Source of the DNA: a virus
DNA: 64,000 nt
Virus record (IMG/VR): IMGVR_UViG_3300002925_000022
Location: 26,081 to 90,080 of that record
Reading direction: 5' to 3' (one strand)
Below are positions 29,312 to 39,313 of this stretch, one piece after another (positions within the stretch are counted from its first letter, which is position 1; each line of letters starts with the position of its first letter). The notes beneath the pieces were generated by a model that had not been told where the DNA came from, did no database searches, and worked only from the letters and a program-made list of their open reading frames with translations. Position numbers and translations under genes: made by a program.

Positions 29312-30670
29312 CTAGATGGAAGTAGAGGCTATCGTAAGGAAGTGACCTACAACGACGCTGTTGTTTATTGGTGTAGTTGTGTAATTGTAGTTATTTCCGT
29401 CCCAGTAGCGGTAGACGGTGAAAGAGGAGGAATTGTAGATGTACCGGTCAAAAAGAAATGATTGAGAGTTTGCTGTAAACCAGGGTTCTGAACCAGAAAG
29501 GTAGGCAGTTCCACTGGTGTAAAATGTTCCGCTAACACTAGAAGGCATTCCGTAGGAGGCCGACCATGGCAGGGAAGCGCTCGTAATAGTAGTGGTAAAT
29601 CCAGTATTAGAACCCCACCCAATGATCATCCTGGAACCGTTGGCAATCACGTCGTAGCACTGGAGAGTTGGGTTGACCATTCGGATGAAGTCAATGTGAC
29701 CAATGTAGCAGTTTGCCGGATAAGTGGCAAAAACCAAGATTGGCGATTCAAGGATGTAGCTTCCAGTTCCAACGGATGACACTTGATGGAAGAGCTCTTG
29801 TTGTGCATCTGTAACCCCAAGATCCCAATCGAGTCCGAATCCAAAAGAACCGGTAAAGGGCTGATTGCCTCCAGGCTGGCTGATCCATACACCACCACCT
29901 ACCGGATCATTCTCCATATCCTTTCGGATCCCTCTTCCAGGTGTAGTGCCAACTCCACTCCAAAAGTTCATCCCTTCTGACATCATCAGGTAGGTCAAGT
30001 CAAAAGAGGCACTGGCTGGATTGATATAGAACACGCCGCCCAGGAAACGAAAGATGCCATCATTGGGTGAAGGGGTCAAAATTGTTCCACCATCTCCAAG
30101 GAGGATGAAATTGTTGTCATCCCCCAAAAAGTGAAAGCTTGCACTTGAAGCGAGATAAGGTTGATTACAGAGAGGAGCTAGGTCGTTCAGCGAAGCGCTT
30201 GCGTACCACCACCAACTGTTTGTTCGTGGTAGAACCGCACTGCCGCCCTTCCAGGGCGTTGTAAAGGAGTCCTGGCCGTTGTTGGCCGTGGTGCCATTCC
30301 AAGGCTCTCCAGAGGGGTGCCAAGCGGCTGCAAAGCCAACTCCAACACTTGCCCCGCCGATGGTGTAAGAACCACTGGGGTCGGTGTTAGTGTTACCCCC
30401 TGCTGATTCGCCGTTGTTCTGTGCGATCATTACATCCAAAGGGTAACCGGTTGTTCTTCGGTAAACAGCCCAACGACAATCCCCAGATGGTCCATCATCC
30501 GATCCATCATTGGGCCCAAGGCCACTTCCACCTTGGCCGTAGTAGGAGGCAATGCGTGTGAATCCAGGATGAGCGTCGAAAGCCTTCCGCATCCAATAGA
30601 AAACGTTCTGGGAAGCAGCTATGCCCGAACCCGTAACGATTGCTGATAGGCGGTAAAGTGGTCCTGACAT
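29312..30670 (-). CDS. Virion/tail-fibre-like protein, paralog 1 of 4
   Basis: FDAHPGFTRIASYYG and WNGTTANNGQDSFTTPW shared with the three neighbours; S/G/T-rich. Confidence 0.6.
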   Translation of the reverse strand: MSGPLYRLSAIVTGSGIAASQNVFYWMRKAFDAHPGFTRIASYYGQGGSGLGPNDGSDDGPSGDCRWAVYRRTTGYPLDVMIAQNNGESAGGNTNTDPSGSYTIGGASVGVGFAAAWHPSGEPWNGTTANNGQDSFTTPWKGGSAVLPRTNSWWWYASASLNDLAPLCNQPYLASSASFHFLGDDNNFILLGDGGTILTPSPNDGIFRFLGGVFYINPASASFDLTYLMMSEGMNFWSGVGTTPGRGIRKDMENDPVGGGVWISQPGGNQPFTGSFGFGLDWDLGVTDAQQELFHQVSSVGTGSYILESPILVFATYPANCYIGHIDFIRMVNPTLQCYDVIANGSRMIIGWGSNTGFTTTITSASLPWSASYGMPSSVSGTFYTSGTAYLSGSEPWFTANSQSFLFDRYIYNSSSFTVYRYWDGNNYNYTTTPINNSVVVGHFLTIASTSI

Positions 30671-30671
30671 C

Positions 30672-31862
30672 TTAGTAAGCCCTGTTATTGAGAGAACCTG
30701 AATCCCAAGGAAGAGTGATTACAACATCAGAGAGGCCAAAGCCGCCACCGGCAGAGAAGCCCAAAGCTATCCTGGTGTTTTTGGCATATCTCCTTGCAAT
30801 GATTCCTTTTTGGTCTCCTACTCTCAAATTAGGAATATAACCGCCGAGAACAAAGTGAGAACCTGTCCAATTGTCATAGTCAAAGCCTCCATTCCATTCA
30901 AGGGCTGCTATCGCAACGGGCCACTCAATCATATATCGGTCTTGGCGATCAGGGGTGGTTGTGCTATAGTAGCCACGTTGAGTTGAAATAGAAGCAACAG
31001 GAGTGGTGTCGTGTGTCATTGCAGTGCTATAATCCGCTGCCACCTTTTTTACTCCAATCTGGCTGAAAGTTGCAATTCCTCCGTCATCTTCGCCAGGCGT
31101 TGTAGAACCAACTGGGATCCAAGGAGACGTGATGGAAGCCCCCCAGCGAAAGTTCATCAAAGGGACATCCATTGAGGCTGTGAGTCTTTGATATCCACCA
31201 AAAGCTATTACCTTGTTCACTTGAGCATTTGGACCGTTGTTCGGAGGACTCCTAAAGGCCACAAAGATGGTATCGTTGTCACCGGTGATCCAACCATCAG
31301 CAGGCGGCAAAGCGTCTCCGTAGTCAAGCCGACTTAAAGCATTCAAAGATACCGAAGCTATTGACCCCGAACCGTTGGCTCTGCAAAGGACAATAGAACC
31401 GGATTTCCAGGGTGTTCCAGTCCAATTGTCTTGACCGTTGTTAGCTGTGGTCCCATTCCAGGCGGCGCTCGAGGAGTGGTATGCTATTGTATACCAAATC
31501 CCAATCTGTCCTCCAGGAAGCCATGAACTTGTAGCATCAATGGCATTAGTGGTGGTCCCTAGAACCATACAGAAGTCAAAAGCAGGTACACTCACAGGTT
31601 CACCTGAAAGACCGCTCTGAAGGCTGCTGGAGACGTTTCTCCATACTCCAAAAGCACCGCCTCTGGGTGTTGGTCCATTTGACCTAAACCCGAAACCAGA
31701 ACCGTTTACGCCATAGTTTGAAGCGATTCGGACGTAACCCGGATGACTGTCAAAGTAACCAGCAATCCAAGCAAAAATAGAACTAAAGTTTGCCGACTCA
31801 TATCCTAGAGGTGTGTAAGTTTGCCCGAATCTGGCCCAAGATGATCTGATTGGTCCTGTCAT
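30672..31862 (-). CDS. Virion/tail-fibre-like protein, paralog 2 of 4
   Basis: FDSHPGYVRIASNYG, WNGTTANNGQDNWTGTPWKSGS. Confidence 0.6.
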   Translation of the reverse strand: MTGPIRSSWARFGQTYTPLGYESANFSSIFAWIAGYFDSHPGYVRIASNYGVNGSGFGFRSNGPTPRGGAFGVWRNVSSSLQSGLSGEPVSVPAFDFCMVLGTTTNAIDATSSWLPGGQIGIWYTIAYHSSSAAWNGTTANNGQDNWTGTPWKSGSIVLCRANGSGSIASVSLNALSRLDYGDALPPADGWITGDNDTIFVAFRSPPNNGPNAQVNKVIAFGGYQRLTASMDVPLMNFRWGASITSPWIPVGSTTPGEDDGGIATFSQIGVKKVAADYSTAMTHDTTPVASISTQRGYYSTTTPDRQDRYMIEWPVAIAALEWNGGFDYDNWTGSHFVLGGYIPNLRVGDQKGIIARRYAKNTRIALGFSAGGGFGLSDVVITLPWDSGSLNNRAY

Positions 31863-31865
31863 GGC

Positions 31866-33260
31866 TTAGATCCCCGAGAAAAGGGTGTTGGTAAACAGAA
31901 TCACTGGGTCGGTAGAACCCGAAGGAGGACTGTTAACGTTTCCTACATAGACAGTACCAACCCTTCCCCGATAGGGCACGATTATATTGTTTTCGACAAT
32001 GACATCTTCGAAGAGGTTAGACATAGTAACGGGCATGTAAGCAATACCGCCAAAGCTGGAAGTATGCCATAGCGCTTCATAATCAAGGTTTGAACTGCTC
32101 GGATGGGCTGTCCATAAGGGATTCCATGGAATTGACCCGGAAGCCCATGTTGCATCCGTTCCACCTTCAAATGCGAGAGCATAACGGGTTTGATGGCCAT
32201 AGCGAGTATTTGAAGGCATTTCCCATGATATAGCCCTGAAAAGGTTAAGGATTCCAGCATATCGAATGGCAGGTGGCCCTGCTCCAAGGTGAACGGGAAA
32301 TTCAGAGATTGATGACTTGTTTGTAGAGGATGAAGTGTAGAAATAGCCGAAATGTTGATTGAGTACTTGGTTTAAGCCAGCATGGGAAAGAAAACGTGGA
32401 TATTCTTGCTTAGGACAGTAAGTACCTGAAAGACCGACTCGACCAGCAATTGGTTTTTGTAGGGTGATTCCAACGGAATGGTTGAATCCGTATTGGTAGT
32501 AGTCACGCATCAGCTTGTTGTTGTTGATAACGTTTTGCCGACCCAGCATCACATAGGGCAAATCATAGTCTTCCTGATAGGGGACGTACCGTTCCAAGAT
32601 AATTCCATTGTTGTATTGTTCATTTGCTTGATCCCAGAAGATGTTAAACCCATCGTTATCTCCGACACAAACCAGGAAAGATTGGCCTGTTACACTCCAA
32701 ATGGCAGGTGTCAGAGCGGCTGCCATATTCCTGGAACCTGTGACATTCACAGTGTAAGAACCACCAGCCGGAGAATCCTTTTCATTTGCAGCGGGCATCA
32801 AGAGGGCTGAACTGAGCCAAGGTGTAGAAAAAGTATCAGTACCGTCATTGAAAGTGGTTCCTTGCCATGGTTCCCCAGACTCGTCCCAAGCCCACATCAT
32901 TCCAATTCCACCATTTCCATAATAACCACAGTGCCAACTACCGCTTGGAGAAGTTGAAGGATCAATGCCGACACTGAACCCGATAAAGAGGTCATATGGT
33001 TCTTCACCGCCTGTATTTCTGTAAACAGCCCATGCGCCGTTTCCAACAGCAGAATCGGATCCAGACAAGCCAAATCCCAGACCAGCTACCTGCTTTGGCC
33101 CTGGCATGCTGTATTCTGGTGTTCCATAGTTTGAGGCAATTCGAGTGAAAGCCGGGTGAGAATCAAAGAAGGAAATGATAGACGAGAAAATATTTCTAGG
33201 TAGTCCTTCTGATCCTGTACCTGGAACAACCAAACTGTAGTTTACTAATGGGCCTGCCAT
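31866..33260 (-). CDS. Virion/tail-fibre-like protein, paralog 3 of 4
   Basis: FDSHPAFTRIASNYG, WQGTTFNDGTDTFSTPW. Confidence 0.6.
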   Translation of the reverse strand: MAGPLVNYSLVVPGTGSEGLPRNIFSSIISFFDSHPAFTRIASNYGTPEYSMPGPKQVAGLGFGLSGSDSAVGNGAWAVYRNTGGEEPYDLFIGFSVGIDPSTSPSGSWHCGYYGNGGIGMMWAWDESGEPWQGTTFNDGTDTFSTPWLSSALLMPAANEKDSPAGGSYTVNVTGSRNMAAALTPAIWSVTGQSFLVCVGDNDGFNIFWDQANEQYNNGIILERYVPYQEDYDLPYVMLGRQNVINNNKLMRDYYQYGFNHSVGITLQKPIAGRVGLSGTYCPKQEYPRFLSHAGLNQVLNQHFGYFYTSSSTNKSSISEFPVHLGAGPPAIRYAGILNLFRAISWEMPSNTRYGHQTRYALAFEGGTDATWASGSIPWNPLWTAHPSSSNLDYEALWHTSSFGGIAYMPVTMSNLFEDVIVENNIIVPYRGRVGTVYVGNVNSPPSGSTDPVILFTNTLFSGI

Positions 33261-33266
33261 GCGTCC

Positions 33267-34394
33267 TTACCACTCCACAGGCTTAAGTAAGCCATTCCAT
33301 GGAAGTGTGACGACACCAAAAAAGTTCAAAGAAGTCTCAAGCAATATCGGTAGCAGAATTCTGGTGTTTGCTTTGTAAAACCTGTGTGAACCGCCAGCAG
33401 AAAAAGCGCCGAAACGCAAATGAGAAAGAGTGCCAACTAACTTCATTTGCCCTGGTTCATAAGAGTAGAGCTTGTTACCAAACTCCCAAAATCTGTCTTC
33501 ATCGAACACTCTCGATTGTTTGGAGGCATCTGTCAGTATGAAGTCGGGATATTCCAATCGCAACCGATGAGGTTTTATATCTGTTGTTTTGGTAATCAAA
33601 CCACCGCCGCCGCTGTTTGCTGCAATCTCGCCAATGGTTATGCCACGATAAGCACTCCTGTAGTCCCCACCAAGTTTTAACAGGCAAAGCGGTAAGTCAA
33701 AAGAGGAGTCAAATGCCTTGTACTTCCCAATTACAGCAAGATTGAAGTTGTAAGTCGCTCCAAGCCTCAAATTGGAAATGGCAATGTAGGTTGTCTCATT
33801 GTCTCCTGTTATAAAAATGTCCATTGCTACATTGTCCGTTGAAAACTGCCCTACTACATCCGTTAGACGAACTGTGGCATCTAGGTTTGTATTGCCACCA
33901 TCTAAAGCATTGCAACGAACAGTCGTCAGAGAACCAGACTTCCATGGGGTAGTAAAAGTGTCTTTGCCATTGTTGGCGATAGTTCCATTCCAAGCACCGC
34001 TTGGATGGTATGCTGCAACAGCGTAAATACCAATACCAGAACCCAGATTTTCTGGTTGCCAAGGTGAAGTACCATAGTTGTTGATTGGAGTAACGTCAGA
34101 AGCAATTACAACCACATCGTACTGCATAGAGGCACTTACCGCCCTCCAAACACCCCAGCAACCATCCCAGGGGTTTTGTGTCCAATCACGCATAGTTCCA
34201 AGACCACTTCCGCTAACGAACATGTAAGTGTTCTCATAGCCATAGTTGGAAGCAATTCGCTGGAATCCAGGATGCTGATCATAGTAGTTGGCTAGAGCAC
34301 CGAAGGCATGCTTATAGAACTGTTGGCCAACTACCGGGAAAGTGGGGGAACTGATACGGTACCAGCGAGAATGGAATGAACCAGACATGAACAA
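33267..34394 (-). CDS. Virion/tail-fibre-like protein, paralog 4 of 4
   Basis: YDQHPGFQRIASNYG, WNGTIANNGKDTFTTPWKSGS. Confidence 0.6.
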   Translation of the reverse strand: MFMSGSFHSRWYRISSPTFPVVGQQFYKHAFGALANYYDQHPGFQRIASNYGYENTYMFVSGSGLGTMRDWTQNPWDGCWGVWRAVSASMQYDVVVIASDVTPINNYGTSPWQPENLGSGIGIYAVAAYHPSGAWNGTIANNGKDTFTTPWKSGSLTTVRCNALDGGNTNLDATVRLTDVVGQFSTDNVAMDIFITGDNETTYIAISNLRLGATYNFNLAVIGKYKAFDSSFDLPLCLLKLGGDYRSAYRGITIGEIAANSGGGGLITKTTDIKPHRLRLEYPDFILTDASKQSRVFDEDRFWEFGNKLYSYEPGQMKLVGTLSHLRFGAFSAGGSHRFYKANTRILLPILLETSLNFFGVVTLPWNGLLKPVEW

Positions 34395-34567
34395 GAACCT
34401 CTCCAGGTAGTAGATAGGTTGTCAACAACTAGGCTGATAACCTTGCCAGGAGGATCCGTCAGTATAAACTACAATCACACTCAATCTCGCACAAAACCTT
34501 GGCGAACAGTTGCAATGTTCGACATGCTTCTGTTGTAGGCACTAACGACTGCGATTTCTTATGGACA

Positions 34568-35692
34568 CTACACCTGTGTCAGAAGTTCGCAGGATCCAAG
34601 GAAGCATTTGCTGGTATTTACAGAAGTGTAAATTTGTACTTCGTATACCTGTGCTGAACTTGTCACGAAGTTGAGTGCTCCCGTTAGATTGACTGAAAGA
34701 AGTCTGGTTGGGGTTGTTTGTGAAGTTGAAATTTCTGTCACCCCTGGCCCTCCAATCTCCACGTATGCACCAACTGTAGCGTTCCAAAGTCTCACGAAAG
34801 AAGAAGCGCTTCCGGTCTGAGCCGAGAGGATTGCTTGCAGGAACACTGACGAAGAACCAGAGACAAAACCCCAATCGGTTGGATCCCAATAGTTCTGGCC
34901 ACACACTTCTGGACTTAAAGAAGTACTGGTTGTACTGGTATACCTTCCAATAAAGAGTCTTCCGTACTTACCGGCCGTTCCTTGTGGTCCTTGTGGTCCT
35001 TGTGGTCCTTGAATCCCAGCGCCAGTGACGGCGAAGTTCCAACCTCCAACGTAACCCACATAGGAACCATTGGATACGGAAGCGTGCAGTTCATAAATGG
35101 CCGGGCTAGAAGAAAACCCTGAGGCACTGATGAGGTTTACAGACTGAAAGAAGGTAGGTGTTGTCCCTGAGACAACAAAGTGTGTGATTCCTGGACCTCC
35201 GATTTCCACATAGGTTCCAGAGGTAACATTCCAAAGACGTACACTCAGTTTCGCTGCAACGTTTGAAACGGCAAGAGTTCCACGGAGATAAATTGGTCTA
35301 TTCAAATAGTCTGTAGGATCAAGCCTGTGTTGACCCACAATTGTACTGAAAGTGTTGCTCGTTGCGGCATAGTCTGACAGCCCAATCTCAATACTTGATC
35401 CAGAGGAAAAGAGAAGAGTCCCCTCGACTCTCAGGTTCCCTGAAACATGAAGATCACCTCCAGTGACGGCAGCTCCATTTCCAGTCCCGTCAAGACTGCC
35501 AACTGTCCCTGAGATGTACAGGAAGATATCCTTGCCAATTGAACCTGTTCCGAAGGCGGAAGGGTTAATGGCGCCCGACAGATTCAGGGCAGAACTAAAG
35601 GGATAGAATAGCAGTTTTGCGTTGGTTCCAGTAGAACCAGACGCAATCAATTTGCTGGTTCTGGTTTGGCTGGCTCGAAAGTCTAGTGCCAC
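34568..35692 (-). CDS. Fibre-like virion protein with duplicated domain and short collagen (GPQ) linker
   Basis: VRLWN..G.YVEIGGPG occurs twice, separated by GIQGPQGPQGPQG (9-nt ccttgtggt repeat at about 34980-35010). Confidence 0.65.
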   Translation of the reverse strand: MALDFRASQTRTSKLIASGSTGTNAKLLFYPFSSALNLSGAINPSAFGTGSIGKDIFLYISGTVGSLDGTGNGAAVTGGDLHVSGNLRVEGTLLFSSGSSIEIGLSDYAATSNTFSTIVGQHRLDPTDYLNRPIYLRGTLAVSNVAAKLSVRLWNVTSGTYVEIGGPGITHFVVSGTTPTFFQSVNLISASGFSSSPAIYELHASVSNGSYVGYVGGWNFAVTGAGIQGPQGPQGPQGTAGKYGRLFIGRYTSTTSTSLSPEVCGQNYWDPTDWGFVSGSSSVFLQAILSAQTGSASSFVRLWNATVGAYVEIGGPGVTEISTSQTTPTRLLSVNLTGALNFVTSSAQVYEVQIYTSVNTSKCFLGSCELLTQV

Positions 35693-35724
35693 TGTCGATT
35701 ACCTCAGTGGTAATTAGGTTGTCA

Positions 35725-36519
35725 TTACAGACCTGGGACACCAGTGTCAGGGTTTGCCTGAAAATAAGGACCAGGTGTATTGCTTAGAACAAGGAACTGA
35801 ATGGAACCACTGAAAACAATAGAAAGGTCATTTACGGCATAGCTGGAAGACACCGCAGAGATGGTTTGCCCAATATTCAAGGTCAAATCTGAATTGACTC
35901 CAACAGGGTTATAGTTGACAAACACTGGATTATCAGGCAATGGAGCCCAAGACATTGTAACAAAAGAAGCCCCACCAACATTTACTTCCCCCGCTGAACA
36001 CCAAGCAAATGTTCCTGATAGATCTGTAACTCTGTTGACATACACAGGGTATGGCGCTGTGGTGTAAACGGCTCGATAGGTGAGCTTCCCGGTGAACGGA
36101 GCCGAGAAATTGGCTCTAAACCCGGTCACTCCCAAGTTAGTAACCCACCAAGCGACTGAAGGTGTTTCTTCCCCGTCCATACCTGTAAACTGACTTTGTG
36201 AGGTCTCAAAGGCAAGATAAGGGACACCAGTGAAAGGCGTTGGAAATGTTATGTCCTGGTAAAGAGAGGATGAAAAAGGGCCAACTGTTACCTCTAGGTA
36301 CTCTACAATAGGTGGGTTGGGTGGAGGTAATGGTTGCTCTTGGTGTTGAATAATAAGGAAGAAATCTCGGTCTCGGATAATCTTCTGAAAATCAAAAGAC
36401 CGAGTTGTTTCTGTGAGAGGATCAACAAAAGAACGAATGTCCGGCCTTCTAGACATTCCATATCCATAGGCCTTACGGTATTTTGACCGGTTTTTCGCAA
36501 ATTTGTCTTCAATACTCAC
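35725..36519 (-). CDS. Putative virion protein (H-type lectin/gp53-like beta domain)
   Basis: ITFPTPFTGVPYL...VTNLGVTGFRANFS. Confidence 0.45.
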   Translation of the reverse strand: MSIEDKFAKNRSKYRKAYGYGMSRRPDIRSFVDPLTETTRSFDFQKIIRDRDFFLIIQHQEQPLPPPNPPIVEYLEVTVGPFSSSLYQDITFPTPFTGVPYLAFETSQSQFTGMDGEETPSVAWWVTNLGVTGFRANFSAPFTGKLTYRAVYTTAPYPVYVNRVTDLSGTFAWCSAGEVNVGGASFVTMSWAPLPDNPVFVNYNPVGVNSDLTLNIGQTISAVSSSYAVNDLSIVFSGSIQFLVLSNTPGPYFQANPDTGVPGL

Positions 36520-36546
36520 AACTTGTAAGTATCGCGGCCCTTATTG

Positions 36547-37902
36547 TTACAGAATGCTCGCTGCCAGAGTCGCCAACTTGCTTCGTTCACCCTTTGTCAG
36601 AGTCACGTGACCGGAGATGTCATAGGATTTGAACTTTTCAATTGCAACCGTGAGCCCGTTGGACACACTGTCCACATACATGTTGTCAATCTGTTCAATA
36701 TCACCAGTTAGGACAATCTTGGTGCCCTCTCCAACACGAGTGATGATGGTCTTCAATTCGTGTGCATTGAGGTTCTGAGCCTCGTCAATGATCATAAAGG
36801 CATTAGCAATTGACCTGCCACGAATGTAAGTCATAGCCTCAACCTCAATCGTGCCATTCTCAAAAAGCATCTCAAGAGTCTCTTCCCCTCGCTTGCTTTT
36901 CTTTCCATCGGCTGATAGCAGGAACCTGAGATTATCCTTGATTGGAGCAACCCACGGTTCCATCTTCTCTTCCATGGTTCCTGGGAGAAATCCAATATCT
37001 TTCCCAAGAGGCTGGATTGGACGGCACACAATCAAGCTCTTGTACCGCTTCTGGTCAATCACCTGATGAATCCCAGCCGCAATAGCCAACAGGGTCTTCC
37101 CAGTACCAGCAGAACCCACAATAGTTACCAAGGAAATAGAAGGGTCCATTAACAAGTCAATGGCAAACTTCTGTTCCTTGTTTCTGCCTTCAATCTTGGA
37201 AGGTGCAAAATCTGTAATCTTCTGAACCTTCCCGTCTCCCTTGTACCGCATAATAGCGGAGCACTCTGTTCCCTCTTGTTTGACCACCAAGAACTGGTTC
37301 TCGCAAAGAGTGCTTTTCACTTCCACTGGAAGTTCCAACACGCCTTCACGGTAGAATTTGTCTAGATCATAATCCCCAACAAGCGTGGATACTCCCGTGT
37401 AAAGTCCCTGGACAGACTTGGCAACATGAAGCTTCTTGTAGTCATCAGCCGGAATCCCCAAGGCATGAGCCTTAAGACGAAGCAGGATGTCTCTGGTGAC
37501 AAGACCCATCTCAACTTCCGGGTGCTTCCTCTTGAAAGCAATGCATACTGCAAGAATCTGGTTGTCTCCAGACTTCCCTTCCAATTCTGAGGGGATCAAT
37601 TCCTTCAGGTCTGAATACCCAAGAGAATTGAACGACAGAATCCTTAGCGTTCCATGACCCTCTCCAAGCGGTATCGGTTCATCAAAGGCCTTGTGGCCTT
37701 TGGTGATTTCTGTTAGCTTTCGAGATGTCTCCCGAGCATGCCGTCCAACTTCATCTTGCCTATCCTTGTGCCTGTCTAACTCCTCCAGCACAATCATTGG
37801 TATAACCACGTTGTGTTCCTTGAAGGAGAACAAAGCATTTGAATCTGATAGAAGAACGTTTGTGTCAAGAACGAAAGTTTTGTTGACGATCATGCGCTTC
37901 AT
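36547..37902 (-). CDS. phoH: PhoH-family protein (PIN domain + PhoH ATPase)
   Basis: FVLDTNVLL (PIN), GSAGTGKT, YIRGRSI, IIDEAQNL, LTGDIEQID, RSKLA. Confidence 0.95.
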   Translation of the reverse strand: MKRMIVNKTFVLDTNVLLSDSNALFSFKEHNVVIPMIVLEELDRHKDRQDEVGRHARETSRKLTEITKGHKAFDEPIPLGEGHGTLRILSFNSLGYSDLKELIPSELEGKSGDNQILAVCIAFKRKHPEVEMGLVTRDILLRLKAHALGIPADDYKKLHVAKSVQGLYTGVSTLVGDYDLDKFYREGVLELPVEVKSTLCENQFLVVKQEGTECSAIMRYKGDGKVQKITDFAPSKIEGRNKEQKFAIDLLMDPSISLVTIVGSAGTGKTLLAIAAGIHQVIDQKRYKSLIVCRPIQPLGKDIGFLPGTMEEKMEPWVAPIKDNLRFLLSADGKKSKRGEETLEMLFENGTIEVEAMTYIRGRSIANAFMIIDEAQNLNAHELKTIITRVGEGTKIVLTGDIEQIDNMYVDSVSNGLTVAIEKFKSYDISGHVTLTKGERSKLATLAASIL

Positions 37903-37972
37903 TTCTAAGCTGTGGTACTAACAAGCATAATGGATTATGCATGAATACAAAAGGCATTCACGTCCAAATCGC

Positions 37973-38332
37973 TTACGAAGCGTTCTTCAGCCCTTTTGTT
38001 TGCTTGCCAACAGCCTTTGTTGTCTTAGAAGCTTCAACAGGAACCGTTACTTCCGGTTCCACTTCCTTTGCCTTCTCTTCAACTACTGTCGTTGAATTCA
38101 TTGTCGTTTTCGTTCGTTCAGAGACCAAACCAACCTCTTCGACGGTAACCAACTCCAGCTTATTATCAGCCTCAAAAATGGCAACGACGGCAGATGCTTT
38201 TCCCTGTACTTCAGGAACAGCAAGCATGCCGTCGGGTCCAAGTTTACTGTGTGGAATAGTTCGGTCTAATCCCTTAGCAATTACATCAGCAGCGATATGC
38301 AGCTTCATACTCATAAATATGAACCGAAACAA
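37973..38332 (-). CDS. Hypothetical protein
   Basis: 119 aa, co-oriented in the operon. Confidence 0.5.
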   Translation of the reverse strand: MFRFIFMSMKLHIAADVIAKGLDRTIPHSKLGPDGMLAVPEVQGKASAVVAIFEADNKLELVTVEEVGLVSERTKTTMNSTTVVEEKAKEVEPEVTVPVEASKTTKAVGKQTKGLKNAS

Positions 38333-38334
38333 GT

Positions 38335-38595
38335 TTACTCTGTTGGTGTCTCGGTCTTCGATGCCTTCTTGACCTTCCGAGTCTCAATTGCACTTTTGTC
38401 TGTGGCCATTGACTCCTTGAGAATCAAGGTAGCTTGCTTTCGCAGCACCCGCAATCCCTTGCGGACACGGACGCCAGCGGCAATGTTTTGCTTCCGAACA
38501 TTCTTCTCAATATCCTGTTGAAGATCCGTAATGATCTGACAGAGATCCGTCCACAAAGCCATTACCTTTGAACTACTCATCGTTCCATCACTCAT
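38335..38595 (-). CDS. Histone H1-like protein (Hc1 family)
   Basis: DIEKNVRKQNIAAGVRVRKGLRVLRKQA matches the Hc1 AAG.R.RK pattern; basic tail. Confidence 0.65.
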   Translation of the reverse strand: MSDGTMSSSKVMALWTDLCQIITDLQQDIEKNVRKQNIAAGVRVRKGLRVLRKQATLILKESMATDKSAIETRKVKKASKTETPTE

Positions 38596-38677
38596 TGACT
38601 TTACTCCTATGTGCTAGTGCTTTGTCGTAGCAAGTAATCTTTCTGGTGTTAACGGAATTGTATCGACAAATATACCT

Positions 38678-39220
38678 TTATTTATGGCCAACGACTTCCC
38701 AAATGGCTTTCCCGGCAGCAGCGAGAATCCCACCGACAATCAGCCAAAAGGCTTTGCCCCACCACTCAGACCAGGCAGACTTGACTTTGATCACTGATTC
38801 AAGCTTCTCCAAGTCATCTCCAGCAATCCTCTTGAGTTTGGAAGTGGTTTCCAGTTTCTTGTTCAAGTCTTCGTCTGTGGAACTCAGTTTCTTCAGGGAT
38901 TCATTGATTTCCTTTATGTTTTTCTCGTCTGTTGCAAGGTGAACAGCCTGAGACTTGGCCATTTGTTCAGTCATAGTTTCCACCATCTTTACACGAGCGT
39001 AGAGACCATCGTCCGGGTCATAGAGACCATCATGGATTTTATCTACTTTTTTACTGGTTTCCTCTTGCTTCTCTTGGATGTGTTCAACAATAATCATCAT
39101 TTTGTCGAACCCGCCATTTAGAACGGGTGAAGTGCTAATCTTCTGTGCAATGTTCTCTACCATAAGCTGGAACTGTTTGTTATTATCGGATTTGATATCA
39201 GACATGAACTCCCCCTTCAC
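38678..39220 (-). CDS. Coiled-coil protein with C-terminal transmembrane helix (holin/XhlA-like)
   Basis: Heptad-rich body and a C-terminal AFWLIVGGILAAAG helix. Confidence 0.45.
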   Translation of the reverse strand: MKGEFMSDIKSDNNKQFQLMVENIAQKISTSPVLNGGFDKMMIIVEHIQEKQEETSKKVDKIHDGLYDPDDGLYARVKMVETMTEQMAKSQAVHLATDEKNIKEINESLKKLSSTDEDLNKKLETTSKLKRIAGDDLEKLESVIKVKSAWSEWWGKAFWLIVGGILAAAGKAIWEVVGHK

Positions 39221-39313
39221 CTAAGAATTTCCGATGCAACCAAAGGCCAACCGACTTACAATAAGTATGAAATGGCTAAGCCATTTCAATAAGTTTCAGG
39301 GATACACTGAGAC

